From Candidatus Omnitrophota bacterium (lineage in GTDB: Bacteria; Omnitrophota; Gorgyraeia; Duberdicusellales; 4484-171): a DNA stretch of 64,000 nt. Positions 1 to 12,028 of the stretch are shown piece after piece; the first letter of the stretch is position 1; the number at the start of each line of letters is the position of its first letter. Below the pieces are notes generated by a model, which worked only from the letters and a program-made list of their open reading frames with translations, was not told the origin of the DNA and made no database searches. A program made the position numbers and the translations under genes. Location: positions 6,125 through 70,124 of the forward strand of contig JAIPGM010000007.1 in NCBI GenBank assembly GCA_021735655.1, written 5' to 3'.

Positions 1-781
1 GGGCTAAGCCCAATGATTTATCCTGAACGTCACGGAGACTAAAAACTAAATCCTTATTTTTAGCTATTTTAACCTTTGCTCCAAGATAGACTTTTTTTAA
101 CTGACCAGACCCATAGTCAACAATGAAGCTTAAACCCAATTTACGGCTAAAGTTCCAGCGGCCGTATAGACTAATAATCTTTTCCCTTTTTAAATCACCC
201 ACCCCAATCCCTAAACGGTATTTTATGGCTCCCTTTTTAGGATAAATGTTAGGCGATTCAACCTGAACTTTAAAATTAAAAACACTCCCTCGGCCTCCCG
301 ATAAAATATACTTAAGTCTATTACGTTCGTTAATCTGCCAAAATCCATCAAAAACAATAGACTCTTTTACCCTCTTTTTTGTCTTAAGTTTTGCCTTCTC
401 ATAAGAGTAAACTATTTTCTGCTGCTTGTTTAACTGCCAAATACCACCGAAAGTAAGCGTCTCGGGATTTCGCTTTCTTTTAACTTCAAAGCTAAGACGA
501 TTAAATTTATCAGCCCGCCACAAGCCCTTCAACTTCAAAAAAGAAACTATCTGCTTATTCTTCTCTGACTTGGTTTTAACTTCAAAGGTTATAAAATCAG
601 CTCCGGCCTCAGTAATCTTTCCCTTTAGAGTTAGCTTATTATCTATGGAACTCTTATCTTCCTCGGCCTTAAAAACTAATTCATGGTTTGAAGTTAGCTT
701 CCAACGACCATCAAAAGCAGAATTTCCAATAAACAAAAGATTATCCTTATCTAAAGAAAGTTTTGATTTAGTTTTACTCAT
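1..781 (-). CDS. hypothetical protein with internal ~45-aa repeats (partial; C-terminus lies beyond window edge)
   Basis: Open minus-strand frame from ATG at 779-781 runs without a stop to position 1, and is missing from the ORF track because it has no in-window stop. Repeated motifs FDGRW, FGGIW, FDGFW, LYGRW recur about every 45 aa. No clear SD. Confidence 0.4.
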   Translation of the reverse strand, partial: MSKTKSKLSLDKDNLLFIGNSAFDGRWKLTSNHELVFKAEEDKSSIDNKLTLKGKITEAGADFITFEVKTKSEKNKQIVSFLKLKGLWRADKFNRLSFEVKRKRNPETLTFGGIWQLNKQQKIVYSYEKAKLKTKKRVKESIVFDGFWQINERNRLKYILSGGRGSVFNFKVQVESPNIYPKKGAIKYRLGIGVGDLKREKIISLYGRWNFSRKLGLSFIVDYGSGQLKKVYLGAKVKIAKNKDLVFSLRDVQDKSLGLA

Positions 782-837
782 CTTAGCTAACTAAAATACC
801 TTAATCTAACTAAATTTGGTTTGATTTAATTAATTGA

Positions 838-1644
838 CTATAACTTACTATTTTCCAATAGGTTATGTAAAAGGGTCCTATTGGAGGCGCAGATAAATCC
901 GGGGTTTTTCAAGCTTTCCTTGTTGTAACTAAAAGGAGTCCCGTCTAGGTTAGCAACAACTGCTCCTGAAGCCTCAGCTATCGCTTGTCCAGCAGCCGTA
1001 TCCCACTCCATAGTTGGACCACTACGCAAATATAAATCAGCTTGGCCTTCGGCAACTCGGCAAAATTTTAGTGAACTTCCAGCATGAATAACAACAGGAT
1101 TAGTAAATGAAGAAATCATTCTATCCTCTTCCTTGCTACTATGCGAACGGCTTCTAACCACGGTTATTTTATCAAGCAAAGGTTTCCTGGTTCTGATTGG
1201 TTTAGATTTACCGCCCTTATCTTGCCTAAAAGCTCCTTTGGATTTTAAGCCAAAATATAGTTGATCATAAGCCGGTAGAACAACTACCCCAAAAACAGGA
1301 ATGGTTTTTTCAATTAAAGCAATATTAACCGTAAACTCGCCGTTTTTTTGGATAAACTCTTTAGTCCCGTCCAAAGGATCAACCAACCAAAAACTATCCC
1401 AACCGCTTCTTTGAGAAAAAGGTATTTCTTTAGCCTCTTCTGAAATAATCGGAATCTCAGGAAAAGCTTCTTTTAAACCAGCGGCGATTACTTCTTGAGC
1501 TAGTCGGTCAGCTAAAGTTAAAGGGCTATTATCTTTTTTTAAATTAACTTCGAAATCTGAAGATTTGTATACTTCTACTACTCTTTGTGAGGCAAGTGAG
1601 GCTATCTCGAGGATTTTTTCAATCTGAGAATCAGAAAAGTTCAT
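838..1644 (-). CDS. cysQ: 3'(2'),5'-bisphosphate nucleotidase (CysQ/inositol-monophosphatase family; PAP phosphatase)
   Basis: 268-aa ORF with IMPase-family motifs (WLVDPLDGT, WDTAAG); sits directly downstream of the sat/cysC genes. Confidence 0.75.
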   Translation of the reverse strand: MNFSDSQIEKILEIASLASQRVVEVYKSSDFEVNLKKDNSPLTLADRLAQEVIAAGLKEAFPEIPIISEEAKEIPFSQRSGWDSFWLVDPLDGTKEFIQKNGEFTVNIALIEKTIPVFGVVVLPAYDQLYFGLKSKGAFRQDKGGKSKPIRTRKPLLDKITVVRSRSHSSKEEDRMISSFTNPVVIHAGSSLKFCRVAEGQADLYLRSGPTMEWDTAAGQAIAEASGAVVANLDGTPFSYNKESLKNPGFICASNRTLLHNLLENSKL

Positions 1645-1648
1645 GCTT

Positions 1649-2260
1649 TTAGATATAACCTTTTTGAGATAAATAATTTAAAATGCTCTTTGCTGCTTCT
1701 TCCTTGGTTAGCTTACCAGTATCAATAACTATTTCAGCCTGCTCTGGTTCTTCATAGGGAGCAGAAACCCCGGTAAACTGCTTAATTTCACCACTGCGAG
1801 CCTTTTTATAAAGCCCCTTAGGGTCTCTTTGTTCGCAAATTGCAAGATCAGCCTTAACAAAAACTTCAATAAAATCACCTTGCTTCATAAGGCTCCGGGC
1901 CTTATCTCTGTCTTTTCTGTAAGGAGAAATAAAAGCAGTTATAGCTAAAGTTCCGGCTTCAGAAAATAATTTTGCCACCTCACTAATTCTTCGAATATTT
2001 TCTTGGCGATCTTCCGGAGAAAAACCCAAGTTACTATTTAAGCCGTGGCGAACATTGTCACCATCTAGAAGATAAACCTGGTGTTCCTTCTCAAAAAGCA
2101 TTGCCTGAAGCTCAACAGCAACTGTAGATTTACCGCTTGAAGGTAAACCCGTAAACCAAATAACTGCCCCCTTGTGCTTATTGCGCTTTTCTCTGTCCTG
2201 TTTAGATATCCCTGATTCATGCCATGTAATATTTGTGCTCTTTCTTTGTTCTTGATTCAT
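1649..2260 (-). CDS. cysC: adenylylsulfate (APS) kinase
   Basis: P-loop GLPSSGKST, typical APS-kinase length of 203 aa, adjacent to sat. Confidence 0.9.
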   Translation of the reverse strand: MNQEQRKSTNITWHESGISKQDREKRNKHKGAVIWFTGLPSSGKSTVAVELQAMLFEKEHQVYLLDGDNVRHGLNSNLGFSPEDRQENIRRISEVAKLFSEAGTLAITAFISPYRKDRDKARSLMKQGDFIEVFVKADLAICEQRDPKGLYKKARSGEIKQFTGVSAPYEEPEQAEIVIDTGKLTKEEAAKSILNYLSQKGYI

Positions 2261-2263
2261 TTT

Positions 2264-3523
2264 TTACCTCTTACTATAATATTTAGCTAATATTTCAGAA
2301 ACTGGTTTACGCATTACTCGCTCGTCAACTACTTCTTGATTTTGTAATTTTTTTCTTAATTCTTTTCCGGAAATTAAAATCTGTTTATATCCTTTACCTT
2401 TAGACTCTTCAACTAAACCAACTCGACCTAACTCTTGAAAGTAAGCAGCAAATCCAACCTTAATCGGCTCTATTATCAGTGCTCCGTTTAGGTTGGAGAA
2501 TTTCTCTTGGGCGTCGAAATCACCCCAAGCCGGAGCTCCATCATCGAAAGGAGCGTCAGCGTGCTTGCGACCAATAATAATATTACTAAAGCCATAGTTC
2601 TGACGATAGATAGCATGCATTATTGCTTCTTTTGGTCCGGCATAAAACATCTTCATATCCAGACCAATCAGCATAAGTTGCTGACCTAAATCATAACCCT
2701 TGCTCTTCCAAAGTTCTGAATCCTTATCACCCTGGCCTAGAAGTTTATTCTCGATTAAAACCTCATAAGTTTTCATTCTTATGTCCGCTGGAACATCATC
2801 AGATTTAGTAGCGCCAACCAAAGGATTCAAAACAACTCCGGTAAAAAACCCTTCTCGAGTAAGTTCCTCAGCTCCGTGGACCAAGGCATATTCGTGAGCC
2901 CGGTGTAAAGCATTCCTGGTTTGAAAAGCAACTATTTTTTGCCAGCCCTTCTTTTTAAATATTTCTCTGGTTTCAGAAGGAGTAAGCATGTATTTTCCAT
3001 ATTCAGGATGTAATTTCTGAGGTAAGGCTAAAATCTTGCCGCCTAAAAGATAATCACGCTGATCATCGCTAAATATACGCGGACCAGGATGATCAATGCG
3101 TTCAGTTCCATATACTGACTTATTGTAAGCGGTTTTGTCAAAAGGATAAATATCAGATATCTCTAGAGACCCAATTATTTCCTGAGACTCATTCCTAACT
3201 ACTACTGTCTCACCAACTTCTAAATTATCAGCCTCGGACTTAGATATTGCAAAAGCTAAAGGTATAGTCCAGGCATAAGGCTTACCATTTCTTTCTATAT
3301 ATTCATCAGCTAAAACTTTATTGAACTCAAGCCTAGCCATCGGACCTTCAAGCGGAGATAGACCACCGTCAGCAATTCGATAAAATATTGATAAATCAGC
3401 ATTAGAAATATTATAAACTTTTAATCTAGATATCTTATCGAGAAAAACTTCTCTCTCTAATTTAGGAATAAATCGATCAATTAAGCCGCAACCACCATGA
3501 GCTAAAATACTATTGCCATCCAT
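2264..3523 (-). CDS. sat: sulfate adenylyltransferase (ATP sulfurylase)
   Basis: QTRNALHRAHE motif and ATP-sulfurylase fold length. Start moved to the internal ATG (MDGNSIL...), which is preceded by a GAGGGGG SD. Confidence 0.9.
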   Translation of the reverse strand: MDGNSILAHGGCGLIDRFIPKLEREVFLDKISRLKVYNISNADLSIFYRIADGGLSPLEGPMARLEFNKVLADEYIERNGKPYAWTIPLAFAISKSEADNLEVGETVVVRNESQEIIGSLEISDIYPFDKTAYNKSVYGTERIDHPGPRIFSDDQRDYLLGGKILALPQKLHPEYGKYMLTPSETREIFKKKGWQKIVAFQTRNALHRAHEYALVHGAEELTREGFFTGVVLNPLVGATKSDDVPADIRMKTYEVLIENKLLGQGDKDSELWKSKGYDLGQQLMLIGLDMKMFYAGPKEAIMHAIYRQNYGFSNIIIGRKHADAPFDDGAPAWGDFDAQEKFSNLNGALIIEPIKVGFAAYFQELGRVGLVEESKGKGYKQILISGKELRKKLQNQEVVDERVMRKPVSEILAKYYSKR

Positions 3524-3584
3524 TATTTTCTTCCCCCTCAATTCGCCTATTCTTTCTTAAGATATAGTCAAATTGGTTGTTCTT

Positions 3585-4313
3585 TTAACTTAAAAATTTA
3601 TTAACTTCTAAATATTTTATTATTTTCTTTGCTGCTTCCTCAGGTGAAATATCTTTGGTGCTAAGAGTAATTTCGGGGTTTTGAGGCGGCTCATAAGGAT
3701 CATCAATACCAGTAAAAAGTTTCAATAATCCCTGCCTTGCTTTTTTATAAAGACCGCGAGGATCTCTCTTTTCACACTCCTCAAGCGGTGTATCAACATA
3801 TACTTCAATAAAATTATTACACATTTTCCTCACAAAACTTCTTGATTCTTGATAAGGTGAAATAAAAGAAGCTATAACAATAACTTTATTTTTCTCAAGC
3901 AAGCTAGCTAATAACCCTACTCGCTTGATATGTCTATCTCTCTCAGACTTAGTAAAACCGATCTTAGGAAATATTGCTCTGATTTTTTCACCGTCTAAGC
4001 GTTCAACATTAAAAGACTTAGCCGTAAGTATCCGATAAAGATTCTCAGCAATGGCTTTTTTCCCTGCGGCAGAAAGTCCGGTTAACCAAATCACACAAGG
4101 AATCGCCTCTCTACGACCAAAAGAAATTTTATCCCAAATTCGTTCATGAAAAAAATAAATCGCCATCTTGCTAACAAATTCCAAAAAACCAACCGTAAAG
4201 GCTAAACTTATTTTTCTTGTAAAAATAAATACAATGATTGATGTGGCTATAGTGCCGGCTGATCTCCAAGTAATAGCCTTAAGTATCGAACGTGCCTTTG
4301 TCTCTCTAAACAT
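3585..4313 (-). CDS. APS kinase paralog with N-terminal ~70-aa hydrophobic (membrane) extension
   Basis: C-terminal 170 aa are a canonical APS kinase (GLSAAGKK P-loop). The N-terminus carries two predicted TM segments. Confidence 0.8.
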   Translation of the reverse strand: MFRETKARSILKAITWRSAGTIATSIIVFIFTRKISLAFTVGFLEFVSKMAIYFFHERIWDKISFGRREAIPCVIWLTGLSAAGKKAIAENLYRILTAKSFNVERLDGEKIRAIFPKIGFTKSERDRHIKRVGLLASLLEKNKVIVIASFISPYQESRSFVRKMCNNFIEVYVDTPLEECEKRDPRGLYKKARQGLLKLFTGIDDPYEPPQNPEITLSTKDISPEEAAKKIIKYLEVNKFLS

Positions 4314-4316
4314 AAG

Positions 4317-5459
4317 TTATTTATTAAAAAACCTTCTAGTTGTTGATATTACATAGTTTATTTGCCGGTCAGTTAGCCAAGGATGGATCGGAAGGCTCAA
4401 AATTCTAGTAGCCATACTTTCGGCAACTTTAAGCTTACCACTTATCTTTACCCTCTTAAAAGCCTTCATCTTATGAAGACAAACCGGATAATAAATTCGT
4501 GAATGTATACCCTTGGAATTCAAGTAGTTAAGAAGTTTATCTCTTTTTGCCGAAATTCTCAAGGTATAAAGATGGTAAACATGTCTACAAGCCTTAGATT
4601 CACTGGGAATTTTAAGCTCTTTAATATCTTTAAAAGCATTGTTATATTTTTGAGCGACACTTCTTCTTAAATCATTAAACTTATTAATATGTTTTAACTT
4701 AGCTAAAAGTACTGCTGCCTGCATTGAATCAAGGCGCGAGTTATAGCCGATATAAGCAGCTCTATACTGGCTAGTTTGACCGTGATTGCGCAAGATAGTT
4801 AAAAAAGAAAACAACTTGCTATCATTAGTTGCAATCAAGCCACCGTCACCAAAAGCACCGAGATTTTTAGAAGGAAAAAAACTAAAAGCTCCACAATCGC
4901 CCAGAGAACCTGCTTGTTTGCCATTAAACTTTGCACCAAAACTTTGAGCCGTATCTTCAACCACAAATAAGCCACGGCTTTTCGCTAATTTTGTAATTTC
5001 GCTCATATTAGCTGCCAAACCATATAAATGCACCGGGATAATACCTACTGTATTCTTATTAATCGCTTTTTTTATTTTTAAAGGATCAATATTGTAACTT
5101 TCCGAATCAATATCAACAAATACCGGCGTGGCCCCTGAGTGTACAATACTTTCAGCAGTAGCAATAAATGTAAAAGGCGTAGTGATAATCTCGTCTTTCT
5201 TATCGAAATGCTCCTTACCTTTTATCTTTAAAGCCAAAGCCTTTAAAGATAAAATTAAAGCATCGGTTCCTGAAGCAACACCAAGGGCATGCTTTGTTCC
5301 TAAATAGTCTTCGGCCTTAGCTTCAAAATCCGAAACTGCCTTGCCTAAAATCCATTGCTGAGACTTAAGGCACTGTTTAATATTCTGATCAATCTCTTTT
5401 TTTAAAAAAGAATACTCTTTCTTTAAGTCTAGGAGTGGTATATTAAAATTTTTCTTCAT
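4317..5459 (-). CDS. DegT/DnrJ/EryC1/StrS-family PLP-dependent sugar aminotransferase
   Basis: 380 aa with conserved aminotransferase class motifs (SGTDAL, PLP-lysine region SFFPSKNLGAFGDGG). Confidence 0.85.
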   Translation of the reverse strand: MKKNFNIPLLDLKKEYSFLKKEIDQNIKQCLKSQQWILGKAVSDFEAKAEDYLGTKHALGVASGTDALILSLKALALKIKGKEHFDKKDEIITTPFTFIATAESIVHSGATPVFVDIDSESYNIDPLKIKKAINKNTVGIIPVHLYGLAANMSEITKLAKSRGLFVVEDTAQSFGAKFNGKQAGSLGDCGAFSFFPSKNLGAFGDGGLIATNDSKLFSFLTILRNHGQTSQYRAAYIGYNSRLDSMQAAVLLAKLKHINKFNDLRRSVAQKYNNAFKDIKELKIPSESKACRHVYHLYTLRISAKRDKLLNYLNSKGIHSRIYYPVCLHKMKAFKRVKISGKLKVAESMATRILSLPIHPWLTDRQINYVISTTRRFFNK

Positions 5460-5467
5460 TTGCTATC

Positions 5468-8394
<2,927 letters not shown>

Positions 8395-8398
<4 letters not shown>

Positions 8399-9351
8399 TT
8401 ATAAGCCTCCCTAAACCAATCTACTGTCTTCTTTAGACCTTGGGCAAAATCGACCTTTGGAGAAAACCCTAATAATTCTTTTGCCTTTTGTATATCAGCA
8501 TGGGTCTTCCTCACATCTCCAAGTCGAATAGGACAATAGTTAGGCTCTAACTTGCTTCCGATAATCTCCTTTAAATTATTAAATAAATTATTCACCGAAT
8601 TAGGTATTCCTAAGCCAACGTTAAATGCTTCCGAACCAACGTTATCCTTCTCAAGACACCGAATATTCATATCAACCACATCGCTAATAAAAGTAAAGTC
8701 CCTCTCCTGATTTCCGTCTCCATATATCGGAGGACTCTTCCCTTCGAATAAACAATTTATGAACTTCGGAATAACAACTGCGTATTCATCCTCTAGAGAT
8801 TGACGCGGACCATATACATTAAAATACCTTAAATTTAAAATTTTCATATTATAAATTTTACTAAAAACATAGGAATATTGTTCAACGATCAACTTTGTGG
8901 CAGCGTAAGGTGAAATTGGTTTTGCAATCTCATTTTCTTTCTCTGGAAAATCATCCCTCTCTCCGTATATAGAGCTTGAAGAAGCACAAACTATCCTTTT
9001 TATACCAGCTTCTTTAGCCGCTAAAAAAAGATTTAAAGTTCCGCTAACATTAACTTTATGATAATCAAGTGGAGCCTCTACTGACTTCGGAACACTGCGT
9101 AAGGCTGCCTGGTGAGAAATAAGCTCTACTCCCGGTAAAACCTGATCCAATATTTTTTGATCGGCAAAGTCACTTTTAATAAACTTTATTTTACTAAAAC
9201 TTTGTTCCAAATTGTCAAGATTACCAGTTATAAGGTTATCTACTACAGTGACCTCAGCGCCTAATTTTACAAGTTTATCAACTATATGTGAACCAATAAA
9301 GCCAGCACCACCAGTAACTAAAACTTTTCTATCCTTAAGGCTATTAGACAT
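8395..9351 (-). CDS. NAD-dependent nucleotide-sugar epimerase/dehydratase (UDP-glucose/GlcNAc 4-epimerase-like)
   Basis: GGAGFIGSH motif, YxxxK (YAATK), 318 aa. Confidence 0.75.
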
Positions 9352-9353
9352 AT

Positions 9354-10655
9354 TTAAAGCACCTCCAAATTAAGATATTTTCTTTTATATACGTTGCGAG
9401 TATCAAAAACAAACTTTGAGTTCTTTCTAATAAGTTCATAGTCTAGATAAGAGTGATCAGTAACAATAACCACACAATTATATTTTTGCAAATTACTCTT
9501 ACTAAGAGCTACCGCTTTTAAATTAATTCCGTTTATCTTTAAGTATGGTATCAACGGATCATAAAAGCTCACCTTGGATTTTTTGCTTAGCTTTTCAATA
9601 ATATCTAAAGCCGGAGACTCTCTTAAATCTTTAACATCTTTTTTATAAGTAACCCCAACAATCAAAATCTTAGCTTTTCTTAAAGAAACGCCCCTAATTT
9701 TAAGTGATTTCTCAAGCCGCTCAACTACATATCTAGGCATAAAGTGATCAATGTAAGCAGCTGAATCAATCATCTTGGTCTTAAAACCCATCTTTTTTGC
9801 CTTCCAGGAAAGATACATTGGATCAGCCGGAATGCAATGGCCGCCAACGCCTGGCCCAGGATAAAAAGGCATAAAACCAAAAGGCTTTGTCTTTGCAGCC
9901 TCAATTACCTCCCAAATACTTATCCCTAGCTTATGAGCTACAATAGCAAACTCATTAACCAGGGCAATATTTACCAAACGAAAGGTATTTTCGAGAAGTT
10001 TTGCGCTTTCAGCTACCTCAGGACTAGATACTGAAAATACCTGTTTAATAATCTTAGAGTACAAAGCTTTGGCTAGACTGGTCGATTTAGGGGATAACCC
10101 ACCAACGACTTTTGGTATTTTTGCCAAAGTATGTTTTTTATCTCCCGGGTTTATTCTTTCAGGAGAAAAACAAAGAAAAAAATCTTTTTCGCTCTCCAAA
10201 CCAGACTTCTCAAGAATTGGTAAAACTACCTCTCGAGTAGTTGTCGGATAAGAGGTGCTCTCCAAAACGATTAGCTGAGACTTCCGTAAATACTTCTTAA
10301 TTAACTTACTAGCTGCAACTACATAAGAAATATCCGGTATCTTTACCTTACGCAAAGGCGTTGGCACGCAAATAATTAAAATATCAGAATCAGCCAAAAC
10401 TCGCCTTTCAGTGGTCGGTAAAAACTTCTTAGCTTTAATCAACGCTTTAATCGTCTTTGGGTCAATATCAACGATATACTGCTTTGCCTCTTTCAATTTG
10501 TTTACCCGTAAAAGATTATTATCGAAACCGTAAACAAAAAAACCTCGCTTTGCAAAATCTACCGCCAAAGGTAAGCCAACATAGCCCAGGCCGATAATAC
10601 AAATTTTAGCCTTTTTTTTAATTATTTTTTCTTTAAGTACCTGGTAGTTACTCAT
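9354..10655 (-). CDS. UDP-N-acetyl-D-mannosamine/glucosamine dehydrogenase-family protein (nucleotide-sugar dehydrogenase)
   Basis: UDPG/GDP-mannose dehydrogenase family with N-terminal Rossmann fold (IIGLGYVGLPLA) and catalytic Cys region. Start uncertain between 10655 and 10700. Confidence 0.8.
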   Translation of the reverse strand: MSNYQVLKEKIIKKKAKICIIGLGYVGLPLAVDFAKRGFFVYGFDNNLLRVNKLKEAKQYIVDIDPKTIKALIKAKKFLPTTERRVLADSDILIICVPTPLRKVKIPDISYVVAASKLIKKYLRKSQLIVLESTSYPTTTREVVLPILEKSGLESEKDFFLCFSPERINPGDKKHTLAKIPKVVGGLSPKSTSLAKALYSKIIKQVFSVSSPEVAESAKLLENTFRLVNIALVNEFAIVAHKLGISIWEVIEAAKTKPFGFMPFYPGPGVGGHCIPADPMYLSWKAKKMGFKTKMIDSAAYIDHFMPRYVVERLEKSLKIRGVSLRKAKILIVGVTYKKDVKDLRESPALDIIEKLSKKSKVSFYDPLIPYLKINGINLKAVALSKSNLQKYNCVVIVTDHSYLDYELIRKNSKFVFDTRNVYKRKYLNLEVL

Positions 10656-10674
10656 CTTGATTTTAAAAAGCAAT

Positions 10675-12015
10675 CTATCTTCCGATTCCGATATATTCAA
10701 ATCCTAGGTCACGAACCTTATCGCGATCAAACATATTTCTTCCGTCAACGATCAACGGATAACGCATCAACTTCTTAATCTTTTTTAAATCTAGCTTCTT
10801 AAACTCTTCCCATTCGGTCAACAAGCAAAGACAATCACTGCCCTTTACGGCCGCATAAGGATCTTTAGCAAACTTTAACTTAGCTGTTTTAAAGATATCC
10901 TTTGCCTCAGAATAGGCTTGGGGATCATAGGCTGAAATTATTGCTCCTTGTTTTAAGAATGAATTTACGATATCAACCGAGGGAGCAAAACGCATATCAT
11001 CGGTATCGGGTTTAAACGATAAGCCTAAAATTGCAATTTTCTTATTTTTTATAATCCAAAGCCGATCTTTTACCTTCTCGATGAAATTATGACGTTGACC
11101 TTGATTAATATTTTTAATCTCTTTCAATAAATTAAATTCATAACCTAACTTCTTAGAAATATAAAAAAATGCTTCGATATCCTTAGGGAAACAAAAACCA
11201 CCATAGCCTAAGCCAGCATCCAGAAAGTCTCTACCAATTCTCTTATCCATACCCATGGCTTGGGCTATTTTTTCAATATCGGCTCCGGCTAAATCGCAAA
11301 CTCGCGAAACCGCATTAATAAACGATACCTTGGTAGCTAAAAATGAATTGCAGGCATGCTTTATTAGCTCAGCCGTATTAATATCAGTAACTATAATCGG
11401 GACCTTAATTTTGGCATAGATATCTTTTAATATATTTTCAGCCTTCGTTGACTCAACCCCGATAACTATTCTGTCCGGAGAGAAAAAATCATAGATTGCC
11501 TTACCTTCCCTTAAAAATTCAGGGTTAGAGGCAATATCAAAGTCTCGGCTATTTTTTTTGTAGCGAGAAATAATATCCTTTATCTTCTTTCCGGTCTGAA
11601 CCGGAACAGTTGATTTTCCAACAATTAACTTATAAGAATTAAGATTATTAGCAACTACCCGAGCAACATTCTCTATGGCGCTAAGATCAGCTGAACCATC
11701 TTTCTGCGGTGGAGTACCGACAGCAATAAAAATCACTTGGCTCTTTCTAATTGCCTCAGTTAACGAGGCTGAAAAAACCAAGCCACCACTCTTAATACCT
11801 TTTTTAACCAAAGGCTCTAGATCCGGCTCAAAGAACGGTACTTTTTTGGCTTTTAAACTCTGGATTTTTTTCTTATCTTTATCAACACAAATTACCTTAT
11901 GCCCTAATTCACAAAAACAAGCTGCAGCGACTAAGCCAACGTGACCAGCCCCAACCACACAAAGATTATACTTTTTAACTGTTTTATTCTTTTGCTTGTT
12001 TGACTTTACTTTCAT
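10675..12015 (-). CDS. ugd: UDP-glucose 6-dehydrogenase
   Basis: VVGAGHVGL Rossmann motif and GGFCFPKD catalytic-Cys motif. Start probably the internal ATG (MKVKSNK...). Confidence 0.85.
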   Translation of the reverse strand: MKVKSNKQKNKTVKKYNLCVVGAGHVGLVAAACFCELGHKVICVDKDKKKIQSLKAKKVPFFEPDLEPLVKKGIKSGGLVFSASLTEAIRKSQVIFIAVGTPPQKDGSADLSAIENVARVVANNLNSYKLIVGKSTVPVQTGKKIKDIISRYKKNSRDFDIASNPEFLREGKAIYDFFSPDRIVIGVESTKAENILKDIYAKIKVPIIVTDINTAELIKHACNSFLATKVSFINAVSRVCDLAGADIEKIAQAMGMDKRIGRDFLDAGLGYGGFCFPKDIEAFFYISKKLGYEFNLLKEIKNINQGQRHNFIEKVKDRLWIIKNKKIAILGLSFKPDTDDMRFAPSVDIVNSFLKQGAIISAYDPQAYSEAKDIFKTAKLKFAKDPYAAVKGSDCLCLLTEWEEFKKLDLKKIKKLMRYPLIVDGRNMFDRDKVRDLGFEYIGIGR

Positions 12016-12028
12016 TAATACCTTTCTT

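Noticed and set aside
426-794. Plus-strand 122-aa ORF at the left edge
   Set aside because: Lies entirely antisense to the better-supported minus-strand repeat-protein frame; low-complexity and no SD.
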